In this document: positions 12,046-24,436 of the stretch, one piece after another | Numbering within the stretch: the first letter of the stretch is position 1 | Layout: each line of letters opens with the position of its first letter | Source of the DNA: Haliotis cracherodii | Lineage: Eukaryota | DNA length: 64,000 bases | Reading direction: 5' to 3' | Assembly: GCF_022045235.1 (NCBI RefSeq) | Contig: NW_027266341.1 | Location: 17,050,001 to 17,114,000 of the forward strand | The notes under the pieces: model-generated | The model's input: the letters and a program-made list of their open reading frames with translations, nothing else | What the model was told of the DNA's origin: nothing | Database searches by the model: none | Position numbers and translations under genes: made by a program

Positions 12046-12546
12046 TCCTCCTTCCTTAAGTCCTCACTAGTGCTCGCTACTCAAACATTCAGCATAGTGG
12101 TCAACCATTATATATTTCGTGGAATGTGGATTTTGTTTTTAAAATTATATTATTATCTCCTGAAAGATATTGAAAAATTACTTGTTAGTCTTGTCCGAAC
12201 ATTGATTAATTTTTAATTGAATCTAACGAACCGAATATTCCTATTGTTGGGTTTTAGTGCGCCTCCCGCAATACACAGTACAAAGTATATCCATTCTAGA
12301 GAATAGAAGAGCAGGTTACAACCAAATGTATTTTTATGCAATTAGCGAATTAAAGCTTTGAAATGTTGTGGCGAAGCTTAGAGTAGGACTATTACAATTA
12401 GGAAAATTAATAATGAAGGTAGGTTGCAAAAAATCATCGAAATATGCATGAGAGGGTATAGCGGATGAATATACAGTGACAGTGTTTCAGATTATATGTA
12501 CACGGCGCCTGTTAAGATCAGTCATATACAACTCTATACAATTCTA

Positions 12547-12800
12547 TTATTCTTTGAAACTTTGTTTACAAATACGTAAAAACATATGTTTGTAGTTTGG
12601 GTTATTGGTATAGAAATTAGGAATATGTTTCTTTCTTTCTTCCGTATAGAAAATACATTCAAATAAGATATTTAATTGATCTCTCTGCAAGTTCAAACAA
12701 TACTGGCACGTCGCTATACTAATATCATTAACTTTTAATCTTCCACACAGTTGAATATTTAAAATTTTAATTAAAGATACCACATCTGAACATTATTAAG
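12547..12800 (-). mobile_element. Highly decayed LINE C-terminal remnant
   Basis: CQYC...ILFECIFYTEERKKHIPNFY resembles the C-terminal zinc-binding region of invertebrate LINE ORF2. Confidence 0.4.
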
Positions 12801-13849
12801 GATCTCCGTAGTTGCGGAAATGATAGAGCTTGTAGGCAGATCCCGGGATTAATGTTTAAATGTAAAGTATGTGTGTGTGCTATTAGGATTAAATACTTAC
12901 CAAACACATGTATCACTAATGTAAATATGCATATATTTAAAAGATACATTGCCACAAACTATACAGAACGAATGTAATCACAATGCCTGTTTTATCATAC
13001 GAATGAAAGAAGAAAGTATTTGTTAAACAATGTTTAAAATTATGTATGTTACCACTACCATACATGTAAATTGTTATTATATATGGGCCTATGACTTTCA
13101 TACTGAAAAGATATAGATTGATAATGCGCGGTATATTCACAATATAGAGCAGTTTCTGGCATTGGCCTGTGACGATTATGTTTAAACTCATTGCCTTATC
13201 TTAGTTCAAGGCGCACAGCAAAAACTCATTTCATTCAATAAATGTAGGCAGAACCCTTCATATGTTCTCTTGAGATTTAACGATAGTACAGGTAACGTTT
13301 TCTTGTGAAAAAAGAAATGCCTACAGTGAAGTTTGAAACCTTAAAAAATGAAAATATCATGACAAGATTATTATACCAACTAATGTCTTAGTGGTCATGT
13401 CATGCTAATTGTCTCGGGCGTCACAGTGCTCTTCATAACTAGAATGCCATGTTCGGGTAGTTATAAGTTTCAACGCCCACACATTTCAGCGAAACCGACT
13501 TCGTCAAAGATCATCTGTACGTTCCAACAGCTCTCAAGTAACTAACAACTGCCCCACAGCAGCAATAACAGCATGTGCTGTCGTTAATTACCAGACCTGC
13601 AACAACTTCCTTTTGATAACACTGTAACGTCCTGATGAGTCACGGTCTAGTCATCTACCTGTCATGTGACGAGAAATGGTCTAAACAAAATGGAAATAAA
13701 AGCTGTAGGTTCACCGAACACCGCAGTAAGTGCTGGTGACGTACCCGTCTCAGTGGTTAGATTTAAGGCATGTGGGTTGGGGTTACGTGTGTACTGTTAG
13801 TCCTCACTCAGATCCAACAACGACACGTAAACTTCTTCCAGGTAGCATG

Positions 13850-14089
13850 TGAGTGAATGGTTAAATGGTTAAACACCGCTTTTCAGTTATATCGTGGCAT
13901 GTTACCCCAATGTAGAGGAACGCCCAAGGTTATGCAGGTCTTAGACATACATGGGTACTGGCAAATGTAGAAACACAATCAGGGCGAACCTGGGATTCAA
14001 ACCCATGGTCATAGGTGTCTGGCTACCCTAAGAGTGCAACTCTGCACAGCAAATTGCGGCTCTTTAGATGAATGTCCAACCCGTGCCCC
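13850..14089 (-). mobile_element. Degenerate SINE family C
   Basis: Colinear similarity to the reverse complement of 18286-18555. Confidence 0.7.
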
Positions 14090-15115
14090 ATTTGGAAACC
14101 CAACAGTTACTCAGTCAGCTGGTTTAACGCCATGTTGAGCATACAAAATCTAGCACATCACGAGAGAAATATCCAAAGAGATGCAAGAAAGAAGTTTCCC
14201 ACCTTGGTGAAAACCATTGGAAGAAGTTTCTGTGGTGCTGCAGCAAATGCTGACTATATTTACTTGTATGTTTGTTGTTTAACCCGCAGTCGACAATATT
14301 CCAGCCATATCACCCAGAATAGATAGCAGGAGGTCTTGCATTACGTTGTACAGGGTTTCTACTTTGACGTCATAGTTTCATAAGGCCATGATTCATAAAC
14401 ACATGCTCATGATGTAGTCGGAATCGTACAATCTACTCTGCTTTATGTGGCAATTTCTATTGGATGTGGAAAGGGTTTTGTCGCTTTATTTATTTGGAAG
14501 CTTGTCTTCAGTTGAACATTTTCTACTCCCATCTATATTGTATTGCGACGGCAGAGCTATTTGGTAATTTCAGCTCCAATAGACATTTTCCCAACATTTC
14601 GTTACTATGATAGATACCCAGGAACACAACCAACGTCATTTGGGCACAAATAATGGGCTTCGCACATCGTAACAGTTTGAGGATTCGGACCCTGATCCTC
14701 AGCGTAACGAGCCAACCATTAAGTTATACCTTCGTCCATTCGAGTGGTAAAAAATAATATCTACAAAACCCAACACAATACCTATATTTACTTTAACCTC
14801 TACTGTCAGTTTTCAAAACATGTACAAATATGTAATTCTTCCAGCTGCGTATAATTGTGCTGCTCCCAAAAACGATTTGATATTGACGTGCGGCTACAAA
14901 GAGTGTTTTCCTAATAGAATACCCACATCAACAACAGGGAACAATAGGGCCACATGACTTTTATTATGAAAAATATTTGAAAAAAGATACACAGAGGACA
15001 GGTAGAATGTTTTGTTCTTTAAAGTCAGGGTAACATCCAGAGTTGAATGTGTGTATATTTCCCTGAAAAAGGATTCAAATCACATATGCAGTAGCAAATT
15101 CCATGAAATTGGAAC

Positions 15116-16915
15116 TTATCCCTGCATGATACCCAAGTAAAGATCGGGGCTTTGTGTAAGATGTCGGGAGTGACAGCGACGCAGGAAGCCGAACAACGAT
15201 CCGCTGATGGTGCCCCATCTGTCCATGATGTGTTCAGGACTCTGTGTGTTGGAGGCTACGGTGTCACAGTCGGCGTTGGCGCCTTCTATATACATCGACC
15301 GGAATGTGGCAAAGGGGTAGGCTGTTGTATTCCGAGTCATGTTGATGTTGGAGAGACGTAGTTCTGTCCTTTCGACGAGGGGGAGGAGGGTCATGGTTGC
15401 CGTTCCGCCGTCAGCGTACACCACGTCAAAGGTCAACGCTGCCGGGTCAATCTTCAGCTTGGTGATTGGTGCACTTGGACGAGCCTCTATATTACTTTGT
15501 CCAACAACGATAGAGGAACCAAATGGGATCCAATCGGTGCCATCAGGAGTGGTAGGAAGGAGTCTTACATTCCCATCTTCGTACAGAACCATTACTTGGC
15601 ACCAGCCACCGGACCATGGGATTGGGACATATACCTGGATATAGTGTGTTGTCCAAGTGGTCGTAGACGTGGTCAGTGACACATCCATTGTCTCGTTCGT
15701 CCTCCACCAAAGGTCTTTCGTTACTCCATTAACCACGACATCCCCCTTGTAAATGGTGAAAAATGTGTCTCCCTTCGTTTCCCGTGTCTGCAGATAGAAC
15801 TCGTCGATGTTCACGACATCACTCTGGTTTGATACTAAAAACAGGAGAAGATCGTTAGAGGTTTGTGTCCAAGTGAAATCAGGAATGGGCCAGACATATG
15901 ACGGATTGTTGGTTGAAAATCTGAACGTATTCAATTGAGTGTACCCAGTGGCGCTTCCCCCTTTATACAGAAGGGTGACACTTGCGGCACCGCCTATTCC
16001 ACTTAGAGTTAGGTGGATGTTACCTCCGATCTGAGGGTCTGCCAGATTGACGACTGAAAATGCTGTTCCAATCTGGAGTGTCTTTGTCCCGTCGGGGTTG
16101 ACAGATTTAGCTTTCAGGTCTAGAGTAGCCTGGACTGATTGCTGTGCGGTTCTTGACAGAGACGCTACGTCAATGTTGGTGAAGTTCCAGTAGACGTCAC
16201 TTGCAAAACTGCAATTGTCAAAATTGGGGGCTCTTTCATTTTTGAATGAGTGGTATGCGGGAAGTTTGGCTGTGACTACATACTCGCTGACTGAATTATG
16301 GAACACAGGGATAACGACATTGTCTTCTTCGGCACAGGCGGTCGGGTAGCTTTGCTGTGAGATGTAGCCCTCAGGGACAGAACCCGCCGGAGGACCTGTT
16401 AGAGGCGACACGTCCTGGGAACAGGGATATTTGCAGAGATAGATATCAGAGTTGAGATGCTCGTCGTCGATCTCCATAACAACCCTGTCTATTTCCACTC
16501 CCCAGAAGTCAGCCGTCTCGGCCCGCAGCACCAGTCTGTGAATCCCGCTGCCTGCCATGATGCTACCTAGAGTACCCGTGTAACGGAACACATTCCACAG
16601 ACGACCAAAGTCTGTTCCTGAAGCCGTGTTGAACTCGCCAATGACTATATTGTCAAACGTGACGACGACTCGGTCAGGTCCCCCGTCATTGGAGAACACG
16701 ATATCTCGGAAGGTAACATTCGTCTCTTTCATCAGGCAGATTTGGAAGATGAGACTTTCTCCCTGACTAATATGCGCCACTTCTTGTTGAGAGGCAGCCA
16801 ATCGTCGGTTGACCTGGTGACTACCCCGGGTGAGTTCCCCCTCAAAGGTCCACTGTAGAGCTGATGCCTTGCTCAGCACCAACACCATTGTAACCAGAAC
16901 CACCACTGCTTTCAT
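15116..16915 (-). CDS. Secreted uncharacterised protein, 599 aa, same architecture as paralog 1; single-exon CDS (paralog 2)
   Basis: Uninterrupted ORF with signal peptide MKAVVVLVTMVLVLSKASA. Shares blocks SYPTACAEEDNV, WCQxMVLYxDGNVRLLP, WIPFGSS, TLLPLVERTELR, PFATFRSMY and HLTQSPDL with paralog 1. Minus-strand AATAAA at 14960-14965. Confidence 0.9.
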   Translation of the reverse strand: MKAVVVLVTMVLVLSKASALQWTFEGELTRGSHQVNRRLAASQQEVAHISQGESLIFQICLMKETNVTFRDIVFSNDGGPDRVVVTFDNIVIGEFNTASGTDFGRLWNVFRYTGTLGSIMAGSGIHRLVLRAETADFWGVEIDRVVMEIDDEHLNSDIYLCKYPCSQDVSPLTGPPAGSVPEGYISQQSYPTACAEEDNVVIPVFHNSVSEYVVTAKLPAYHSFKNERAPNFDNCSFASDVYWNFTNIDVASLSRTAQQSVQATLDLKAKSVNPDGTKTLQIGTAFSVVNLADPQIGGNIHLTLSGIGGAASVTLLYKGGSATGYTQLNTFRFSTNNPSYVWPIPDFTWTQTSNDLLLFLVSNQSDVVNIDEFYLQTRETKGDTFFTIYKGDVVVNGVTKDLWWRTNETMDVSLTTSTTTWTTHYIQVYVPIPWSGGWCQVMVLYEDGNVRLLPTTPDGTDWIPFGSSIVVGQSNIEARPSAPITKLKIDPAALTFDVVYADGGTATMTLLPLVERTELRLSNINMTRNTTAYPFATFRSMYIEGANADCDTVASNTQSPEHIMDRWGTISGSLFGFLRRCHSRHLTQSPDLYLGIMQG

Positions 16916-16922
16916 CGTGTCC

Positions 16923-16940
16923 CTAAAATAAAACAGTTGA
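16923..16940 (-). promoter_or_regulatory. Splice acceptor of a 5'UTR intron, 7 nt before the ATG of paralog 2
   Basis: Minus strand reads tcaactgttttatttTAG|GGACACG ATG. Confidence 0.65.
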
Positions 16941-18285
16941 TTCTGTTTATTTTTTTGAAACGAATTGATACGCGTTTATGTTTGACAAACCGATCAGAAA
17001 TTACATTTTTAAATGAACATCATTCAACAAGTCGCAAAACATCAAACTTTAATGCATTATGCAAACCAAGGCAGTGTCTATGTGGTTCAAAAACATTTCG
17101 AAAAATACACAATATATACCCAAGGCCACTGGGTAAGCAGATATCGGAAACCTAACATGCGAGATAAACATGTATTATGAACATATCGTATCGTATGAAA
17201 GACATCTTCAGAGTTTTAGTAACGACTGACATAACGACATGATTTGTATTCATTGGGAAGATTGAATAATGTCCTGATCAAAAGAAATCTTATTATTAGT
17301 ACTGCACTTCTTCTATGATGTTTCCTGTATCTTTTTGAATTCTTATTAAATAAAAATATAAATAAATATACATAATTAAAATTATAATTGCACCGCATTG
17401 TTCAACATGTGTGATCAAAGTAGATCATGTATGATCAAAGTAGGACATGTATGATCAAAGTAGAATACATTATATCTTATTATGGACACTATGCGATTAT
17501 TCAAGTTTTAAGGTTCGCATTAATTAAATGAAAACATATTTTAAAAAAGAAATTATAATATACATACCTTTTCCTGATCTGTTCTTGTCTTTCACTATCA
17601 GCACAAGCGATAGAGCAAAGCGTCGACAAAAAGCCGTACCACCACCACGGCTGATAGACATAAAGAATGGGTACGAAGACACTCCCCTTATATAACAGTT
17701 GAAATCCAAATAGGGCACACAAGACTTAATGTGAAACATTAACCTTGTCACATATGCAAATACAGCTCGTTTATTCTTTATAGTAGAATAAACACGCGTA
17801 AATAGTTGAAAGGAGAGGCCTATACAGAAAAAGCAATTTGTACTGGGTTTGACTATTTGGAAGCACCGTGGCAACACCCAATACCTTGGACGGGTGCATC
17901 TCAGTGTTGCGATCATTATCGCCTGTAGTTACATGCATTTCAGTCTCGTGTAACGTGTTTGGGATGATCAACATACAGATCTGTACTATGGTTACTCTTA
18001 CGTATTACAGTTACTCTGCAGATGAATGATGTGCAAATATTTAATATAATCAAGGCTTTCAGGTTCACACGCCGTCTAAAAATATCACCTATATAATCAT
18101 AGACTGAGTTCGATGTCAGTTTAAAACCGGGTATCTTATATCTCCCCTTACTTTAAACCATGGGAGTTTAAGTATTTGAATCTATAGCTTAATATTCAAT
18201 GTAAAAAATCGCTCATATTTCTCAGCTTTTATGGGATCGGGATTTTATTGCTGTGTCCGTGTAGGTTGCCATTAATATGAAGCAG

Positions 18286-18555
18286 GGGGCACGGGTGGCC
18301 CAGTCGTCTAAGGCGCCGCGATTCGCCGTGCAGAGTTGCGTCCCTTGGGCACGCCAGAAACCTATGGTTGTGGGTTCGAATCCCTGTTCGCCCCGATTAT
18401 GTTTCTAGGTTTGTCAGCACCATACCCGTACTCGTAGGTTTCACCGAAGTGGTAAACGTCTTCGGGCTTTACCCCAACATTAAGCTGACACGCCGCGATA
18501 TAACTGTAATACTGTTAAAAGCGGCATGAAACCAGACTCACTCACTCACTCACTC
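18286..18555 (+). mobile_element. SINE family C (tRNA-Leu-like head)
   Basis: A box gtggcccagtcgtctaaggcgc, B box gggttcgaatccc, shared tail plus (ACTC)n. TSD atatgaagcag on both sides. Confidence 0.85.
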
Positions 18556-18945
18556 ATATGAAGCAGCATATACAAATACCAACAATGTGTTTTGGTGTTT
18601 TTGGTTTACAAATGTAGGTTGGTATTTTCGAAACAACCGACACACACACACAAAATCATTTCCCTTAGCTTATTCAAGTTTCAAAAGACATATAGCATCG
18701 TAGAAAGTATTTCCGTAAAATGTATGGGAATTAGGTAGCCTAGATACCGCACGGTCGTCGTGAGAACCGACTATAAAGTGGATCATGTGAATCACGTGTG
18801 ACCCATTGTGTGTACTATGACTGTGTGGGTGTCTCAGCTGCAATTGTACCCTTGTGTATGTATTGTACCTTGGTGTTCGTATCACGATGTGTATTGTATT
18901 CTTGTGTATGTATTATGATACATATTGTATCCTTGTTTGTGTATA

Positions 18946-19096
18946 CCCTGTAGTAAACAATGTGTTTAGGTCCTAAACATAAAGCAAAACACGTCCCTTG
19001 TCTATGGGTCCATGTGTCTAAATGTGAAACCCGTATACCAACTTTGAAATTGATTGTAAGTAATTAAAAAAAATAATTTTTTAGTGTTTAATGGGG

Positions 19097-19182
<86 letters not shown>

Positions 19183-19715
19183 AAATGTTAAGGGCCTACT
19201 GTAGCAATCCGCTATACTGTCATTGTTAGCTTCCCTTGCCTGTATGAGAGAAATACTATCGTACAGCAACAAAACATGTATGAACACAACACGTAATAAA
19301 CCACGGCGGGATAACAACCTGCAAACTTGCACGTTGTAGGCCTTCACTCTTCCTCCTGTGCCGCGGAGACACAGATGTCAGTTGTCATGGTCACCATTCA
19401 CTAAGCGTGGTATAGTTGTACAATCTGTTGTTACTGTTGTATCAGGTTTGTTGTAAGTCCTGCGGATATATATATGCTATGCAAGTTTGTGTAAATTCTA
19501 AACATGCTTAAACTCTTAACATGTTACTAGGTTGTGTTGAGGAGGAATTTAGGCTGGCAGACGATAGCTCATTCATATGTTTAGACCAACATGTGTTTAG
19601 ATATTAAACATCAAATGTGTACTATTCAGTTTAGGATTAAAACACATTCCTAATCATGGTTAGATCTAAACATGTCTTGTATGTGTTTACATTATAAACA
19701 CATTTTCATCAGTGG
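18946..19715. mobile_element. MITE-like DNA element with subterminal palindromic repeats and internal (TG)n
   Basis: Imperfect TIRs ccctgtagtaaacaatgtgttta / taaacacattttcatcagtgg, flanked by TA. Repeated gtttag..taaaca motifs near both ends. Confidence 0.55.
19098..19180. repeat. (TG)n microsatellite
   Basis: Perfect dinucleotide run. Confidence 0.99.
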
Positions 19716-19904
19716 TAACCAATTTTATTCTGATGTATGTATTGTATTCTTTTTTGCCCCGATGACATGTGTAATAATGCCATAAGATCCGTAGGTTAGT
19801 ACCATGATACTTACCCTTATCTGACGTAAGTACCATGACAGGTATCGAATCCAGGGGTGTGTATCATCATACGTATCGTATCCTGGCTGGGATATTTTGT
19901 TCTA

Positions 19905-20770
19905 TGTCCTAGTGTAGACGCCTGTACAATGATGCGTATTGTGTCCTGGTGTACACGCCTGTATAATGATGCGTATTGTGTCCTGGTGTACACGCCTGTA
20001 TAATGATGCGTGTTGTACCCTGGTGTAATCGCCTGTACAATGATGCGTATTGTGTCCTGGTGTAAACGTCTGTACAATGATGCGTATTGTGTCCTGGCCT
20101 ACACGCCTGTATAATGATGCGTATTGTGTCCTGGCCTACACGCCTGTACAATGATGCGTATTGTGTCCTGGTGTACATGCCTGTATAATGATGCGTATTG
20201 TGTCCTGGTGTACACGCCTGTACAATGATGCGTATTGTGTCCTGGTGTACACGCCTGTATAATGATGCGTATTGTGTCCTGGCCTACACGCCTGTACAAT
20301 GATGCGTATTGTGTCCTGGTGTACACGCCTGTATAATGATGCGTATTGTGTCCTGGTGTACACGCCTGTATAATGATGCGTGTTGTACCCTGGTGTAATC
20401 GCCTGTACAATGATGCGTATTGTGTCCTGGTGTAAACGTCTGTACAATGATGCGTATTGTGTCCTGGCCTACACGTCTGTATAATGATGCGTATTGTGTC
20501 CTGGCCTACACGTCTGTACAATGATGCGTATTGTGTCCTGGTGTACATGCCTGTATAATGATGTGTATTGTGTCCTGGCCTACACGCCTGTCCAATGATG
20601 CGTATTGTGTCCTGGTGTACACGCCTGTATGATGATGCGTATTGTGTCCTGGCGTACACGCCTGTTTAATGATGCGTATTGTGTCCTGGTGTACACGCCT
20701 GTATAATGATGCGTATTGTGTCCTGGCGTACTCGCTTGTATAATGATGCGTATTGTATGCTGTGGTTTAC
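19905..20770. repeat. 37-bp minisatellite, ~23 units
   Basis: Unit gtgtacacgcctgtataatgatgcgtattgtgtcctg; period 37 (19951 to 19988). Confidence 0.97.
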
Positions 20771-20815
20771 AGGCACCCATCATAGACAGGAATATTGCAA
20801 GCAAATACACAATCC

Positions 20816-20863
<48 letters not shown>

Positions 20864-22079
20864 AACTAAAGAGAGGTTAGCCAGTCTTCTAATGAATTGT
20901 AGGCTATCGAATATCACCACTGATTAGATCAGTTGATGTTCTATTTTATGACACGTGGACATGGATAATTGTGATCACATATGATTAACAGATACAAGAA
21001 CAGTTTCCATAAATATAAGTAATCTCAATTGTGAGTCCATTGTACGTTTCCGACAATATCGGAAGCACGTGTTAATGAATCACTATCAATTGGTGATGAT
21101 GCCAGGTGCATGTATGCACGTGTGTGATCTGATCTGATCACAAAGACGGTAATCCTTTTATTAAATCTAAATAATAACAGTTGACATTAATCTCCTTAAA
21201 CAAACAAGTTATTTTGCCTTTAAAATATACATTTATCAGAGCTGTCATATAATATAGTGTAAAGTTTCAATATATAAGTGTCAAGTATATATAAATATAA
21301 GAAGGATATATGTTTGTATAAGTAGTCACAGGTCCACATTCATAAATACAAACGCCATTTTGTATTAGTTGGTTTGCGGATTTCGAATTATTACAAGTTT
21401 AGATTTAGGTGTTTTTAATGTATATACCGTTCAGATGAGAACAAAGTCACACCTAATCACACATAATCCTGCACCATGACTGTGGAATCAGCATCAGATA
21501 GAACAACATAGAGGAGATAAATGAACTGTGGAATAAAAGATTATAATAGACTATGTTAGTCGAAGCTACTCACTGCTTGGGAAACTGGTGACGATATAAA
21601 TAAAATTCATCGTCGCAGTGTCTCGTGTCCTGGAGCACTGGGTCAGACCGGGAAATAAGTTTTCATTTTGTTCGTAGGTGAGATTATCAGAAGCAGACAA
21701 AAGAAGCGTGTGGGGCAGGATACGACCATCTTTTCACGAACACCTGGTACCATGGTTATTTGATAGTGATTCATAAACTCCTCTACCTGATATGGTCAGA
21801 ATCGCACAATGGATTTTTAGAGATTTCTTATAAATATGGAAAGGTTGTTTTTGCTTTTATTTACACAATATTCCTGATTCCCTATGGGTGGACGGGCATG
21901 TGAATCCAGTAATTAAACATAATAGGCCTAACTAAGACTGCAGAGTACGATAACCATCACTGACAGTCAGACATATAAGCTGAACAACATCCATGTCAGG
22001 CCAAGGTGCATACGAAAATGGATTATTTCCCAAAAGTAATAGGAAACTAAATCACAAACAAACTAGAAACACTAAGTTA

Positions 22080-22241
22080 GTGAGTGAGTGAGTATGGTTT
22101 TACGCCGCTTTGTAGCAATATTCCAGCAATATCGGGACACCGGAAAAATTGGCTTCACACATTGTACCCATGTGGGGAATCTAACCCGTGTCATCGGCGT
22201 GACGAGCCAACGCTTTAACCACTAGGCTACCCAACTGCCCC
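22080..22241 (-). mobile_element. SINE family B
   Basis: Reverse complement of the 2924-3086 family. Confidence 0.85.
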
Positions 22242-24396
22242 CACAGTGTTGGTAACAATGAATGATACATTGATTGATTCACCCTGAAAGAAGAACGTGT
22301 TATGTTATTTTTGCTCAATTCGAACGCCGTGTAGCTTTGAGGAGTGGGTCCATTAGGGCATTGCTGCTTATAACCTGTTGTTACTTCGGAGACGGATTTT
22401 CACGAATTCATAACTTTGTCACCGGATACCTTCCCAGCAATCCACTCCCCCCCCCCCCCCCCCCCCTTCCTCCAGCTTATACTTTGGTTAACTGTTGTTT
22501 AACGCCGCAGTCAACAACATAAATTCGTGCTATATCACGCTGCCATGAACCAGTCATTGAAAGCACGAACACTCGAGGACGTATACAATCAGCCGTTACA
22601 GAGCCTGACCACAAGATATGCAATCCCTTCAAACGACAAGCAAATGATACCAAACACCGATTCGTCCCCGGTTTTCCAATTGAGGTGTATTCAATTATCA
22701 AGAGGATATAAAATTCATTCCCTCTTTATTTGCCGAGGTGACCGAATATAACATCGCGAGAGCCCCGGGTCTCTCGTTTGGTGGAACTCTGGAACTCTGG
22801 ATCTCTGGAACTCTGGAACTGTTGATCATATGCCAGAATGTAGAAACCGAACGATGTCTTGTCGTGACATCATGTTCCACAGAATATTACTGTATGCATT
22901 TCGGAATAGTCCCATTTGCAACGATAGTTATATCAAGCACTAAAAACACAAGGCTACATACCTCCTACGGGACACTTTCTGACTGATACGACCCGGTGCG
23001 TTTCTAGAGATCCCAGGCCTTTGACTGCAACGGTCTGTCACCTTTCACTCCTCTCTAAGTTTCATCCGTGTTATTATATATATGATAGACAATGGAGTGG
23101 GGTGTTGTATCCCTGACTGCAACCGGATATTATCTCACCCCGACAGCTAAATTGATCACTTAAAATTCCACAACAACACTGCGCGAAAAGCCAGATTGTA
23201 TACCTTCAGAATATAGGCGAACTTGACGGATAATGTATGCCGAATAGAATCTGCGTGAAGTAAGTTACATTAAGTATGTAAAAGACATTTCGTCCATTGT
23301 GTTATTGCTACCATAATGTACATATATTTAAAACAATTACAATTCTACAATCACTTTGAATATTTTGTTATATTCGGCTTTCGCGTAAAAATATTCACAA
23401 TGAATTGTCTAACACTTGAGTCCAATGACAACAATAGTCAAAGTCAAGTCAATGTCAAAGATGTTTATTGTGCAAAAGGCCACCGGCCCATATACAAGAA
23501 AGAGTTACGCATGTAGATACAATCATATATGTTACACATTGGGATATACATGTTGTTTGATTAATTCATTTCTTTTGGCTAATTCATGCTTAATATAAAG
23601 AGAAAGATTTAATATATTTGATTCGTTCTTTGAAACGAATAACATCACGCAATTAACACAATACGTCGCCTTCAGCATAGTTCCATTGAGAGGCGACACT
23701 GAATACATTTGTAAGCATTATATATCTCCAAAGGACAACGAGTAATGCGTACTGTAACCTACCTTGAATTTGAGGGTCCTCTCTCGCATATATTGCAGGG
23801 ACAGTGCTTAATAGGGTTACCATTTGCGCAAAGAATCAATTTGGTCTATGATTCACTAATTCCTTTTTGTGATCATATTGATTCATCGATAACTGAAAAT
23901 TCTTTAAAAATGTTATTTCCGTATGCCCGTACAGACTGACAACTCTTCCAGAGACACCTAGGTAGACGAGGACCAATTAGAATTTAATTCAAAATTACAG
24001 TGAAGTTCTGGGGTACATCCCCAAAAGAGAACTTTAAATAACAAGATATTTCACCATAGCTTATGTAGGGGACGCAAACACTGCTTAGTATAATGGATAT
24101 GAAATTATGAATTTGTTGATAGTTTTATTTTAAAAAAGGTTAAATCTGTACAAACCTAAGGAGACCATCATCTTCTCAAGTAAACACGACTACTCTTTTA
24201 ATCTTCAAAGATAAAGAGAGGGGTTTTATTTAGTAATGTGCTTCTGAAAAATCACAAAATTAGTAATGAAGTTTAGTTTCCTGAGTGTTAAAAATGTTGC
24301 CGCGAGAATACGTCGGAAGACGATGATACAAGCGGTCCTGATTTTAAAATATATATATTATTTATAGTATAGATCTATTTTAAATATTATATTATT

Positions 24397-24436
24397 CACC
24401 TGATGAGGGGTCAAGAGGTGACACTGAAACGTCATG
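24397..24436 (+). ncRNA. Degenerate minimal type I hammerhead ribozyme (Penelope-like)
   Basis: cac-CTGATGA-ggggtca(agagg)tgacact-GAAA-cg-TC-atg. Core is intact; stems I and II each have one mismatch. Confidence 0.55.

Noticed and set aside
13632-13682. Hammerhead-like CTGATGA-GTCAC...GTGAC-GAGAAA
   Set aside because: The second core reads GAGA rather than GAAA directly after stem II, and no stem I pairing is available; probably chance.
19817-20927. Several overlapping ORFs with YTRTQYASLYRR repeats
   Set aside because: Translations of the 37-bp minisatellite; the period is not a multiple of 3.
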